Part shown: in pieces, positions 9,144 through 18,747 of the stretch
Layout: each line of letters starts with the position of its first letter
How positions within the stretch are numbered: the stretch's first letter is position 1
Assembly (NCBI GenBank): GCA_016707485.1
Contig: JADJHN010000003.1
Location: 363,770 to 427,769 of the forward strand
Direction: 5' to 3'
Length of the DNA: 64,000 nucleotides
Origin: Lysobacterales bacterium
GTDB taxonomy: Bacteria > Pseudomonadota > Gammaproteobacteria > Xanthomonadales > Rhodanobacteraceae
Notes under the pieces: generated by a model
Seen by the model: only the letters and a program-made list of their open reading frames with translations
Database searches by the model: none
Told to the model about the DNA's origin: nothing
Translations under genes and position numbers: made by a program

Positions 9144-11300
9144 GTGACTCAATGCAGCACCGAAAGCCCTGCCGATCCGGCCGCGATCGCGGCAACTGCC
9201 GTGGGCGAAGCGCAAGGCAATGCGCTGCCTGTCCGGTCACCCGATTTCAGTGATCCGCTGCTGTACCTGAACCGCGAACTGGCGCAGATCGAGTTCAATT
9301 CGCGGGTCATGGCGCAAGCCGAGGATCCACGCAATCCGCTGCTCGAACGCCTGCGCTTCATGTGCATTTCGTGCACCAACCTCGATGAGTTCTTCGAGGT
9401 TCGCGTGGCAGTGCTCAAACACAATCATGCCTTTGGCGAAGGTCAGCCGCGCGCCGACGCATTGTCGATCACCGAGATCCTTGGCCTGATCCGCGAGCGC
9501 ACGCTGGTGCTGGTGGAAAAGCAGTACTCGTTCTGGAACATGACCTTGCTGCCCGAGCTTGCCCGCGAGGGCATCCGCTTCCTGACCCGCAAGGTCTGGA
9601 CGAACAAGCAGAGGCGTTGGCTGCAAGGTTATTTCCGTAACGAAACCCTGCCCGTGCTGTCGCCGCTTGGCCTCGATCCGGCGCATCCATTTCCGCGCAT
9701 CCTCAACAAGAGCCTCACACTCGCCGTCGTCCTCGCCGGCAAGGATGCGTTTGGCCGCGAAGGGCACATGGCCTTGCTGCGCGCGCCGCGCTCGCTGCCG
9801 CGCATCATCCGCCTGCCCGAGGAAGTTTCCGACGGATGTATCGCCTTCGTCTTCCTCTCGGACCTGCTGCACGAGTTCATGGATGAACTGTTCCCCGGCA
9901 TGCAGGTCAAGGGTTCGTACCAGTTCCGCGTGACCCGCAACAGCGAGTTGTTCGTCGACGAGGAGGAGGTCGAGAACCTGGCGCTGGCCTTGCGCGACGA
10001 ATTGCGCGGGCGCGGCTACGCCAAGGCCGTGCGCCTGGAAGTCGGGGCAAACTGCCCGCGCGCCATCACCAGGCTGCTGGAACAAAACTTCGAGCTGACC
10101 GACCAGGATGTCTACCTGTGTGAAGGTCCGGTCAATGTCAGCCGCAGCATCGCGATCTACGACCAGATCGACCGGCCCGACCTCAAGTACCCGACCTTCG
10201 TGCAGCGCGTGCATCCGGCCATGGCCGATGGCGACAGCCTGTTCGCCGCGATCCGCGAGCGCGACATCCTCCTGCATCATCCGTTCGAGTCGTTTGCCAC
10301 GGTCAGCGAACTGGTCAGGCAGGCGAGCGTCGATCCGGGCGTGCTGGCGATCAAGCAGACCCTGTATCGCGCCGGCACCGATTCGCAACTGGTCGACCAC
10401 CTGATCGAGGCGGCGCGACTCGGCAAGGATGTGACTGTCGTCGTCGAATTGCGCGCCCGTTTCGACGAGGAGGCAAACCTGCGCCTGGCCAATCGCCTGC
10501 AGGAGGCCGGTGTCCAGGTCGTCTACGGCGTTGTCGGCTACAAGACCCACGCGAAAATGTTGCTGATCGTTCGCCGCGAGGCGGATGGATTGCGTCGCTA
10601 TGTGCATCTGTCAACCGGCAACTACCACCAGATCACCTCGCGCATCTATACCGATTTCGGCTTGATGACGGCCAATCCGGAAATCGGCGAGGACGCGCAC
10701 CTGTTGTTCCTGCAACTCTCCGGCCTCGGCCCGATCATCCAGCTCAAGCGCCTGCTGCATTCACCGTTCACGCTGCACAAGGGCCTGATGGCCAAGATCG
10801 AGCGCGAAACCGCGCATGCCATGGCCGGCAAGAAGGCGCGGATCATCGCCAAGATCAATGCGTTGAACGAACCGGAAGTGATCCGCATGCTGTATCGGGC
10901 ATCCTGCGCGGGCGTGCAGATTGACCTCATCGTCCGCGGTGCCTGCACCCTGCGCCCGGGCATTCCCGGCGTTTCCGAGAACATCCGCGTGCGCTCGATC
11001 GTCGGTCGCTTTCTCGAACACAGCCGGGTCTACTGGTTCCAGAACGACCAGACTGCGGAGATCTACTGTTCAAGTGCGGACTGGCTCGATCGCAACCTGT
11101 TGCGTCGGGTCGAAACGTGCTTCCCGATCCTCGATCCCGGACTCGCCGCGCGCGTGTACGAGGAATCCTTGCAGAACTACCTCGCCGACAATACCCAGGC
11201 ATGGCAACTTGAATCCGACGGCAGTTACCGGCGGGTCCAGGGCGATGCCGAGCACCCGCATTCCGCGCAACTTGCCCTGCTCGAAAAGCTTTGCCAATGA
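9144..11300 (+). CDS. ppk1: Polyphosphate kinase 1
   Basis: YLNRELAQIEFN, NLDEFFEVRVA, LLHHPFESF, KTHAKM, IVGRFLEHSR, SSADWLDRNL. Confidence 0.97.
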   Translation: MTQCSTESPADPAAIAATAVGEAQGNALPVRSPDFSDPLLYLNRELAQIEFNSRVMAQAEDPRNPLLERLRFMCISCTNLDEFFEVRVAVLKHNHAFGEGQPRADALSITEILGLIRERTLVLVEKQYSFWNMTLLPELAREGIRFLTRKVWTNKQRRWLQGYFRNETLPVLSPLGLDPAHPFPRILNKSLTLAVVLAGKDAFGREGHMALLRAPRSLPRIIRLPEEVSDGCIAFVFLSDLLHEFMDELFPGMQVKGSYQFRVTRNSELFVDEEEVENLALALRDELRGRGYAKAVRLEVGANCPRAITRLLEQNFELTDQDVYLCEGPVNVSRSIAIYDQIDRPDLKYPTFVQRVHPAMADGDSLFAAIRERDILLHHPFESFATVSELVRQASVDPGVLAIKQTLYRAGTDSQLVDHLIEAARLGKDVTVVVELRARFDEEANLRLANRLQEAGVQVVYGVVGYKTHAKMLLIVRREADGLRRYVHLSTGNYHQITSRIYTDFGLMTANPEIGEDAHLLFLQLSGLGPIIQLKRLLHSPFTLHKGLMAKIERETAHAMAGKKARIIAKINALNEPEVIRMLYRASCAGVQIDLIVRGACTLRPGIPGVSENIRVRSIVGRFLEHSRVYWFQNDQTAEIYCSSADWLDRNLLRRVETCFPILDPGLAARVYEESLQNYLADNTQAWQLESDGSYRRVQGDAEHPHSAQLALLEKLCQ

Positions 11301-12838
11301 AATCGCCCACCCACCCCGACCAGCTTCGTGATGGTGACTTGATCGCAGCGGCGGATATCGGATCCAACAGCTTCCACCTGGTCGTCGCCCGCTACACGCA
11401 TGGCGACCTGCGCGTGATCGATCGCTTGCGCGAAAGCGTGCAGTTGGCCGCCGGCTTGCGCAAGGATGGGTCGCTGACGCCGGAACGCCGCGAAATCGCG
11501 TTCAAGTGCCTTTCGCAGTTTGGCCAACGCCTCGCCAGCCTGGATCCCAGCCATGTGCGCGCCGTCGCCACCAACGCGATCCGCCAGCTGAGCCATCCGC
11601 AAGCCTTCCTCTTGCCGGCGGAAACCGCGCTCGGTCACCCCATCGAAGTGGTTTCCGGTCGCGAGGAAGCACGCTTGATCTATCAGGGTGTCGTGCACGG
11701 TCTGCCTTCCAGCAACAAGAAGCGTCTGGTCGTCGACATTGGCGGCGGCAGTACCGAGTTCATCATCGGTCGCGGCCATGAAGCGCTTGAGCGCGAAAGC
11801 CTGCAGGTCGGCTGCATTGCCAGCACCCTGCGCTTCTTCGAGGACGGCAAGATCACGCAGCGCCGCTGGAACCAGGCGAAAAGCGAGATTGCCGTTGAAT
11901 TGCAGCAGTTCGGCGCGAACTTTCGCGGCCGCGGCTGGAGCGAAGCGGTCGGTTCATCGGGCACGATGAAGGCGATCGGTGCCATCGTCCAGGCCAATGG
12001 ATGGTCGGAACAGGGCATCACCGCCGCATCTCTGGTGCGCCTGCGCGAGGCCTTGCTTGCAGCCGGCAACAGCAACCAGTTGAACCTGCCGGGCCTGTCC
12101 AGTGATCGGGTCAGCGTAATTGCCGGCGGCGTCGCCATCCTCGATGCGGTCTTCTCGACGTTTGGCCTGCAGCAGATGAATGTCTGCGAGACAGCAATGC
12201 GCGAAGGCCTGCTCTACGAAATGCTCGGCCGCGCGCAGCACATCGATTCGCGCAACGCCAGCATCAGCGCCCTTGCCGAGCGCAACGGCGTCGACGAAGC
12301 GCAGGCGACGCGGGTCGCCGACACGGCAATGCGCCTTTTTTCCGGCGCCAGCAAGGGCTGGAACCTGGATGCGCAGGCGCTGGAAATGCTCGGCTGGTGC
12401 GCACACACCCATGAAATCGGCCTGGCCATCGCCCACAGCCAGCACCAGGCGCACGGTGCCTACATCATGGCGCAATCGGATCTGGCGGGTTTCAGCCGCC
12501 AGGAACAGCAGCAACTTGCGGCTATCCTGCGCTCGCATCGGCGCAAGCCGGATGCGGGTGGCTTGAGCAGCCTGCCACCGCGCATGCAGCCGACAACCCA
12601 GCGTTTGACCTCGCTGCTGCGCCTCGCCGTCTTGCTGCACCGTGCACGCAGCGAAGAAGCCATTCCGGAATTTCGCGTGCACGCCGAAGAAAACGTGCTG
12701 ACCCTCGAACTTCCCGCGCGCTGGCTGGAAAGCCACCCGTTGACCCGGGTCGACCTCGAACAGGAGCGCGACTACCAAAAGCAGATCGGCATCAAGCTGG
12801 TGGTCAGCAAATCCGCACCGCAGGCCAGCGCGGCCTGA
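11297..12838 (+). CDS. ppx: Exopolyphosphatase Ppx/GppA
   Basis: [37 protein letters not shown]-like C-terminal domain; ATGA overlap with ppk1. Confidence 0.95.
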   Translation: MKSPTHPDQLRDGDLIAAADIGSNSFHLVVARYTHGDLRVIDRLRESVQLAAGLRKDGSLTPERREIAFKCLSQFGQRLASLDPSHVRAVATNAIRQLSHPQAFLLPAETALGHPIEVVSGREEARLIYQGVVHGLPSSNKKRLVVDIGGGSTEFIIGRGHEALERESLQVGCIASTLRFFEDGKITQRRWNQAKSEIAVELQQFGANFRGRGWSEAVGSSGTMKAIGAIVQANGWSEQGITAASLVRLREALLAAGNSNQLNLPGLSSDRVSVIAGGVAILDAVFSTFGLQQMNVCETAMREGLLYEMLGRAQHIDSRNASISALAERNGVDEAQATRVADTAMRLFSGASKGWNLDAQALEMLGWCAHTHEIGLAIAHSQHQAHGAYIMAQSDLAGFSRQEQQQLAAILRSHRRKPDAGGLSSLPPRMQPTTQRLTSLLRLAVLLHRARSEEAIPEFRVHAEENVLTLELPARWLESHPLTRVDLEQERDYQKQIGIKLVVSKSAPQASAA

Positions 12839-12852
12839 ACAGGACGCAGGGC

Positions 12853-12973
12853 GGACAAGCGCAGCACAGCCGCGACCGGGGGCCCGAAAAAACCCCACCC
12901 CCGAAACGGGGGGGGGGCCCCGGGGGGGGGGGCCAAACGCGCGGGGGGGGGGGGGGAAGCGCTGCGCTTGTCC
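12853..12973. repeat. REP-like inverted repeat pair enclosing a G/C homopolymer-rich tract (probably mis-sequenced)
   Basis: ggacaagcgcagc (12853-12865) is the exact reverse complement of gctgcgcttgtcc (12961-12973); the interior consists of G and C runs. Confidence 0.6.
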
Positions 12974-13073
12974 ACCTTACCCTGCTTGTTCGCCCTGCCC
13001 AGGACTGAAAGTTCTCCAGGGCGTCGGCAACGCTTATCATGGTCACCCCTTGACCCCCCAGGAAGATCCGACG

Positions 13074-13733
13074 ATGTCCAGACCTCTTCGAGTCAAAGCA
13101 CTCCAATCCTTGCTGCCGTTCGCGTTGATTCTGCTGCTTCCGCTTGGCGCATTCGCGCAGGGCAAGGCGGAACCGGCGGCAAAGCCGGCCGCAGGCGAGA
13201 CCGCCGTGGCGACTGAGGCGGCGACCAATCCGAAAGCCCTGATCAAGACCACGCTTGGCGACATCACCATCGAACTCGACGCTGCCAAGGCTCCGAAGAG
13301 CACCGAGAACTTCCTCAAGTACGCGAAAAGCGGCTTTTACAATGGCACGATCTTCCACCGCGTGATTGGCAACTTCATGATCCAGGGCGGCGGTTTCACG
13401 CCCGATCTGAACCAGAAGCCGACCAACCCGTCGATCCCGAACGAGGCGAAGAACGGTCTCTCCAACAAGCGCGGCACGCTAGCCATGGCACGCACACCGG
13501 ATCCGAACTCGGCGACGGCACAGTTCTTCATCAACCTGGTCGACAACCGCAATCTCGACTACGTCAGCGATGAGCGGCCGGAAACGTGGGGCTATGCGGT
13601 ATTCGGCCAGGTGGTCGCGGGCATGGATGTGGTGGACAAGATTGCCGCGACGCCAACCGGTCCAAAGGGCCCGTTCCGCAGCGACGTGCCGACCACGGAT
13701 GTCGTCATCGAGAAAGTCGAGATCCTTCCCTGA
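13074..13733 (+). CDS. ppiA: Exported cyclophilin-type peptidyl-prolyl isomerase
   Basis: Signal peptide; [47 protein letters not shown]. Confidence 0.85.
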   Translation: MSRPLRVKALQSLLPFALILLLPLGAFAQGKAEPAAKPAAGETAVATEAATNPKALIKTTLGDITIELDAAKAPKSTENFLKYAKSGFYNGTIFHRVIGNFMIQGGGFTPDLNQKPTNPSIPNEAKNGLSNKRGTLAMARTPDPNSATAQFFINLVDNRNLDYVSDERPETWGYAVFGQVVAGMDVVDKIAATPTGPKGPFRSDVPTTDVVIEKVEILP

Positions 13734-13793
13734 TCTGCGCTGTTCCTGCTCCCGCAGAGCGGCAGAAGGCTCGGCCCGCCCGAGCTTCGCCCC

Positions 13794-13838
13794 CCTTCTC
13801 CCGCCTTGCGGGAGAAGGTCCCGAAGGGGGATGAGGGG
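13794..13838. repeat. REP-like palindromic element
   Basis: ccttctcccgc-ctt-gcgggagaagg, an 11-bp perfect stem, followed by a ggggatgagggg tail. A second hairpin gcaggagtg...cactcctgc lies near 13886-13918. Confidence 0.6.
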
Positions 13839-13943
13839 CTCTTGATAAAATCGCCTGGAGCCCTGGACAGCCGCAGAACAAGCTGGCAGGAGTGCTAGCT
13901 GACCCCGCACACTCCTGCTCCGCAAGGCTGTCGATCAAACCCC

Positions 13944-14636
13944 ATGACCACCCTCTTCATCTCCGATCTCCATCTCGATCCGTCGCGACCGGAAATCATC
14001 GCGACCTTCCGGCGCTTCATCGCCGAGGAAGCGGTCAACGCCGACGCGCTCTATATCCTCGGCGATCTGTTCGAAGCGTGGATCGGCGATGATGCCGACG
14101 ACGAAACAGGCAAGCAGTTCGTGGACGCCATGCGCCCACTGCGCGAGGCACGCAAGCCCTGCTTCTACATGCACGGCAACAGGGATTTCCTGCTTGGCGA
14201 ACGCTTTGCAAGGGAATCGGGCATGACCCTGCTGCCCGACCTCTCCGTCATCAACCTGTACGGCACACCCACCCTGCTCATGCATGGCGACAGCCTGTGC
14301 ACCGACGATGCAGCCTATCAGGCGTTTCGCAAACAGGTTCGCTCAGCCGAATGGCAGAGACAGTTTCTTTCGCAAGGCATCGAAAAGCGCCAGGCCTTCG
14401 CCACGCAAGCGCGCAACGAAAGCCAGCGCCACACCAGGGACAGCAGCAAAGCGGCCATCATGGACGTCAACCAGCAAGCGGTCGAAGCCGCGATGAAATC
14501 AGCCAAAGTCCGGCGTCTGATCCATGGGCACACGCACCGACCAGCGACCCATTCGTTTGACTTGAACAACGCTCCCGCCACTCGAATCGTGCTGGGGGAT
14601 TGGTATGAGCAAGAAAGCGTAATGCGAATCCCCTAG
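13944..14636 (+). CDS. lpxH: UDP-2,3-diacylglucosamine diphosphatase
   Basis: ISDLHL, YILGDLFEAWIGDD, MHGNRDFL, HGDSLCTDD, IHGHTHRP, VLGDW. Confidence 0.96.
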   Translation: MTTLFISDLHLDPSRPEIIATFRRFIAEEAVNADALYILGDLFEAWIGDDADDETGKQFVDAMRPLREARKPCFYMHGNRDFLLGERFARESGMTLLPDLSVINLYGTPTLLMHGDSLCTDDAAYQAFRKQVRSAEWQRQFLSQGIEKRQAFATQARNESQRHTRDSSKAAIMDVNQQAVEAAMKSAKVRRLIHGHTHRPATHSFDLNNAPATRIVLGDWYEQESVMRIP

Positions 14637-14699
14637 CGAGCCGGAATTCACCAACTCGCCAAAGAGGCATGCACGCGTTGTGTGCTGGACCCGCGAAGG

Positions 14700-16109
14700 C
14701 TACTTGGCAACTATTTTTTGCGGGCTTGTGAACTGCTGCTTGCGACCCTTGTTGTAAACGATGTTGATGTAATACCAATACGTATTACCCGATTCCGCAG
14801 ACGAATCTCTCCACTGGTAGATCGACCCCGCTTCGGGATCTCCATCCAGCCGCTCCAGAATCTTGTCGTTAACCCTCGAATATGGCCCAGTTTCTGCCAC
14901 GGAACGATAGATCTCGTAACCGTAAATATCGTACTCATTGGTCACCTGCCATTTGAGCAGCGGACCAGTTCCATCTGGCGTCGACATTGTCGCTGGAGCT
15001 TTGGCTTTCTCGGTCGTCTTCGTAACGGATGACTGCAAAACCGAAGAAATTGACTTAGATTCCTCCTGTGCGGCCTTGAAGTCTTCTTCGAGACTCCGGA
15101 TTTGGGTATTCTTGCCAATTCCGATCGCACCAAAACGAACAACCAGATTCTGTTTGTAAGACGGCAACTCAATTTCAAGCGTTCCGCCCGTAGTACCGAG
15201 CAAATTCATCGGCGGATAGGCGACCTTGACATTCTTGCACGACTCGTTCTTCGGAACGCAATCATTAACCGAGGTGAACACCTTCATTCTGCTTTTTGCG
15301 ACAACTTTGCCAATATTCAGTGGTTTGCCAGTTACATCGTTCAGAACAAGCATCATCTCGGCCGCCTGCCCCTCTCTCAAGAGACCAAAGTCGAGTGGAT
15401 CGGAACTCGGTACGACTGAACCGCGCGCCTGCCCCTTCAAGCGAAACGCAACAATAGGCTGCAGCGGGTTGTCCGTTCGGATTAGCAGCTTCTCGTCGAA
15501 GCTCGACCAAGGCGCATCAGCCCTACTGTGCAACTCAAGTGCCCCGCCATTTCGGACAATTTTCACGTCGAAATAGGCGCTCGGCTTTTCGACGCCAACC
15601 AGGTGCAGCGTAGCCCCGGGCCTGACATCGATCGGAATCACTTTCTCAATTGGCTGGGCAAGCTTGATGGTGTTGAAATCGATGCCCAGGCCGTCGGGGG
15701 AAACCAGCCAGTCTGCAAACCCCCGCACGACGAACCCATCAATTGGGCCAGGCTGGCCTTTCACGAACACGTCGAAATAGTGGGCAACGCGGCCAACTTC
15801 CTCTGTCAACGAAAAATCAAGTTCGGCCACAAATGACTCGCCTGCATTTACCTGCGATGGCGTAAATCCGATCGTTACCTTTTCTGTCCCACGTGGCACG
15901 ATCCTCTCAATCAACATCGAAGTACCGGTAAGGTTTCGTGCCACTACCTGTGCGTGCACCTTAGCAAACGGATGAGTTTGGCCAATTTCAGTGCCGGTAA
16001 ATTCGAACTTGCCAGTTGAATGTGCCTGAGTTGGAACAAGCGTGGCTGCTTGGCCGGCAGGAAACGCCAAAAGGAGTACCACTATGAGGAGAAAATTGGT
16101 GGGTTGCAT
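14700..16109 (-). CDS. Secreted protein: tandem DUF1573/PapD-like Ig domains plus a C-terminal FN3-like beta-sandwich that lacks a clear first strand
   Basis: Signal MQPTNFLLIVVLLLAFPAGQA; repeated LDFG...L.I..V and IRTDNP..P..L.G motifs; C-terminus LLKWQVTNEYDIYGYEIYRS...YQWRDSSAESGNTYWYYI. Family names are from recall, not a search. Confidence 0.7.
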   Translation of the reverse strand: MQPTNFLLIVVLLLAFPAGQAATLVPTQAHSTGKFEFTGTEIGQTHPFAKVHAQVVARNLTGTSMLIERIVPRGTEKVTIGFTPSQVNAGESFVAELDFSLTEEVGRVAHYFDVFVKGQPGPIDGFVVRGFADWLVSPDGLGIDFNTIKLAQPIEKVIPIDVRPGATLHLVGVEKPSAYFDVKIVRNGGALELHSRADAPWSSFDEKLLIRTDNPLQPIVAFRLKGQARGSVVPSSDPLDFGLLREGQAAEMMLVLNDVTGKPLNIGKVVAKSRMKVFTSVNDCVPKNESCKNVKVAYPPMNLLGTTGGTLEIELPSYKQNLVVRFGAIGIGKNTQIRSLEEDFKAAQEESKSISSVLQSSVTKTTEKAKAPATMSTPDGTGPLLKWQVTNEYDIYGYEIYRSVAETGPYSRVNDKILERLDGDPEAGSIYQWRDSSAESGNTYWYYINIVYNKGRKQQFTSPQKIVAK

Positions 16110-16165
16110 ATGAAAAAGCCCACGTGACAAGCACGTGGGCTCTAGTTCCTCAATCAGACGATCAA

Positions 16166-16693
16166 TTATTCGACAGAGAAATTCTGCAGAGCGACTGGCA
16201 GACGGGGTACAGCGATCGTGACCGGGCCGCATTGTCCGACAGTGAAGGATGTCACCGCCAAGTAGTATTGGCCAGCAGCAAGTCCTTGCACCGAAATTGT
16301 TTCACTACCGCCAGCCGGATTGCTATCTGCCTCGACTGGACATGGTGCTGCTCCCGAGCACGCACCCTGCATCAGAGCAGCATACATGTCATAAGTAGCC
16401 GAAGTAGTAGAAATCACGAAATTCTGTTCCGCTGCGGTAGCGCCGCCAATTGCTCCCGGACCCAATGTCACAGACCAAATGGCGTCTGTTGCCGAGCTTG
16501 TTCCCGCAGCACTGCACATGACAGCCAACTGATTGGTGACACCGCAAGTGTCGAAATTAGTAACCGCAGTTGTCAAACTCTGCGGTCCGGCCAACGAGAT
16601 TGCACCTGCACTAGCTGTGCATACCTGTGCAAATGCGGATCCAGTTGCAAGGCATCCAACCATCGCAAGCGAACATACCAAATAATTCTTCAT
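16166..16693 (-). CDS. Small secreted Cys-rich PPC-like protein ending in LPVALQNFSVE
   Basis: GGAG RBS; signal MKNYLVCSLAMVGCLATGSAFA; six Cys in the mature chain; GLAAGQYYLAV; terminal PVxLxxF motif. Confidence 0.8.
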   Translation of the reverse strand: MKNYLVCSLAMVGCLATGSAFAQVCTASAGAISLAGPQSLTTAVTNFDTCGVTNQLAVMCSAAGTSSATDAIWSVTLGPGAIGGATAAEQNFVISTTSATYDMYAALMQGACSGAAPCPVEADSNPAGGSETISVQGLAAGQYYLAVTSFTVGQCGPVTIAVPRLPVALQNFSVE

Positions 16694-16741
16694 AAAGTCA
16701 CTCCAATGAAATTTAAAAGCAAACAAGTTATCAGTTAGTTA

Positions 16742-17494
16742 TTAGTGACCAATGAAAGTCTGGCGGCGCGAATCGAACTGGTCGAAATAGACATAGCTGG
16801 TATTGGTGAAATTCTGGCGGTAGAAGGTATTCGCGGTCGAAAAACCGAGTGCAACCTGGTCAACACCGGTCCAACCAGTATTTGCCAAGTTGGTGAACGT
16901 GCCAGTCGGGGCACCTTCAGTTGTTGACGCAGACGCGTTGGTAACCCAGTACTTCATCGTTGCCGCCGCGCCCGTAACCAAATCGATTTCAACGCGATTT
17001 GCGCCCGCCTGATTCGGAAGTGGAATATCAAGTGTTTGGTACTGACTTCCCTGATTGGTATCACCAACGAACATACGCAAGATTGCCGCTGATCCATTAC
17101 CAGTCAACAGCGCAAAGACCATTCGGTTGTTGCCACCGGCGGGAGCCGTCGCACCAAGAACAGAAAACGCGATTACGTTTCGATTCGCTTGAGTCAAACC
17201 AATGCCCGATGCGTCAATAATGAATTGAGCACGATAACGGGTCTCATTCGCCGGAGTCTGATCGAGTACAAAAGCCTTTGAGCCAGTCGAACCGTTCTGG
17301 TTCAGCGCAACTCGCAGCCTGCAAGCTGTGGAGTCATAACCACCTGTCACGCTGGTTGCCGTGCCTTGCAGCGTCGAAACCAAGCTCCAAGGCGGGGAAA
17401 GGCTGGCCGGGCACTGCGCCATTGCGGCACCGGCGGCACCGAAGCCCACAAAACCGAGAACTGCCAGTGACAGTGTTTTCATTTTGCTGTTCAT
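16742..17494 (-). CDS. Secreted Ser/Thr/Gly/Asn-rich ConA/jelly-roll-like protein ending YFDQFDSRRQTFIGH
   Basis: GGAGAG RBS; signal MNSKMKTLSLAVLGFVGFGAAGAAMA; motifs VLDQTPANETRYRAQFIID, RVEIDL, VDQVALG. Confidence 0.8.
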   Translation of the reverse strand: MNSKMKTLSLAVLGFVGFGAAGAAMAQCPASLSPPWSLVSTLQGTATSVTGGYDSTACRLRVALNQNGSTGSKAFVLDQTPANETRYRAQFIIDASGIGLTQANRNVIAFSVLGATAPAGGNNRMVFALLTGNGSAAILRMFVGDTNQGSQYQTLDIPLPNQAGANRVEIDLVTGAAATMKYWVTNASASTTEGAPTGTFTNLANTGWTGVDQVALGFSTANTFYRQNFTNTSYVYFDQFDSRRQTFIGH

Positions 17495-17583
17495 TAAAAC
17501 TCTCCAGGATTGTCCGGGCGGGGCGGGTCCCCTGTCCCCTTTGCGCATTGCAGAATGGTCTTGCCGATGCCTGAACCTGTCGA

Positions 17584-17613
17584 AGCATAAAGAGTAAGGT
17601 CTTTTGCCGTCAA
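17584..17613 (-). promoter_or_regulatory. Near-consensus sigma70 promoter for the 17494-14700 operon
   Basis: Minus strand TTGACG-N18-TATGCT, about 90 nt upstream of the ATG at 17494. Confidence 0.6.
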
Positions 17614-18018
17614 CAAGTTCCGCGCAGAAGTTTGACCGACTTGTCAGAACCGAGGGTGGCCATGACGTTGCTGATCGGGCCGGCATTTCTGAATCGCTAC
17701 CGGTTTCCGAGCCCCAGGCTTTCCACGTCCACGCCGGATGAGACGCAGCGCGGGACTGGATCCGGACACCTGCCACGATTGTGGCTGATCCGCCACGCAC
17801 GGCCGCACGTCCAGTTGAGGCCGCGATCATGATGATCCGGCCCTCAGCGGCCGCAGGCCCTGGAGGCAGCAAATGCATGGATCGTTGTCCCTTGGCGGGA
17901 TTCGTTGCATTAAATGGGGCTGGTTGGGCTTGCCGGCCGGGCTGGAAGCTTGCTGCGTGATTGACATCGATGCGCGTCGCTGCCGAGAATCGCGCCCCCT
18001 TTGAGGCCATTGCCGCCC

Positions 18019-18747
18019 ATGTCCAGCCTCGCCCCCGCTGATTGTCTGGCCGTGATTCCCGCCAGGGACGAGGTTGCCACCGTGGCTGAAGTGGTGCGGG
18101 GCGTGCGCGAATCCCTGGGTTGCCGGGTGCTGGTGGTCGACGATGCCAGCACGGATGGCACGGCCGCGGCGGCGCGCGCTGCCGGTGCGGAGACGTTGAT
18201 GTTGCCGATCGGCCTCGGTGCCTGGGGTGCGTGCCAGGCAGGAATCCGCTATGCAGCCAGGAATGGATTTGCCGGAGTCATCAGCCTGGATGCGGATGGC
18301 CAGCATCAGCCGGAATTGCTGCCCTTGTTGTTCGAGGAACATGCGCGAAGCGGGGCAAATGTCGTTATCGGCACGTGCATCGAGCGCCTGAGCCTGCCAA
18401 AGCGCATTGCGTGGCAATATCTGCGCCTGCTGACCGGCCTGCCCTTGCGGGATTTCACCTCCGGCCTGCGCCTCTATGATTGCCGGGCAGTGGAGGTGCT
18501 TGCCGCGCCCGAGGCCAGCCTGCTCGATTTCCAGGATGTCGGTGTGCTCATGTTGCTTGCAGGGAAAGGAATGAGGATTGTCGAGACGCCAACCTTGATG
18601 CAGCCGCGCCAGGAGGGTCATTCGCGCGTTTTCGCTTCGTGGGCGGTGGTAGCACGCTACATGTTCCATACAACCATCTTGTGCATCTCGCGCCTCGACC
18701 TCGGCCTGCGCTCGACCAGGGTCGCGGCAAGGGGAGCGCAATCCTGA
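18019..18747 (+). CDS. GT2 glycosyltransferase (polyprenol-phosphate sugar synthase-like)
   Basis: VIPARDE, LVVDDASTDGT, LGAWGACQAG, LDADGQHQP, DFTSGLR. Confidence 0.9.
   Translation: MSSLAPADCLAVIPARDEVATVAEVVRGVRESLGCRVLVVDDASTDGTAAAARAAGAETLMLPIGLGAWGACQAGIRYAARNGFAGVISLDADGQHQPELLPLLFEEHARSGANVVIGTCIERLSLPKRIAWQYLRLLTGLPLRDFTSGLRLYDCRAVEVLAAPEASLLDFQDVGVLMLLAGKGMRIVETPTLMQPRQEGHSRVFASWAVVARYMFHTTILCISRLDLGLRSTRVAARGAQS

Noticed and set aside
14640-17500. AT-richer block as a prophage or mobile island
   Set aside because: No integrase, transposase, att repeats or phage genes. The composition could equally reflect highly expressed or fast-evolving surface genes, so horizontal origin is not established.
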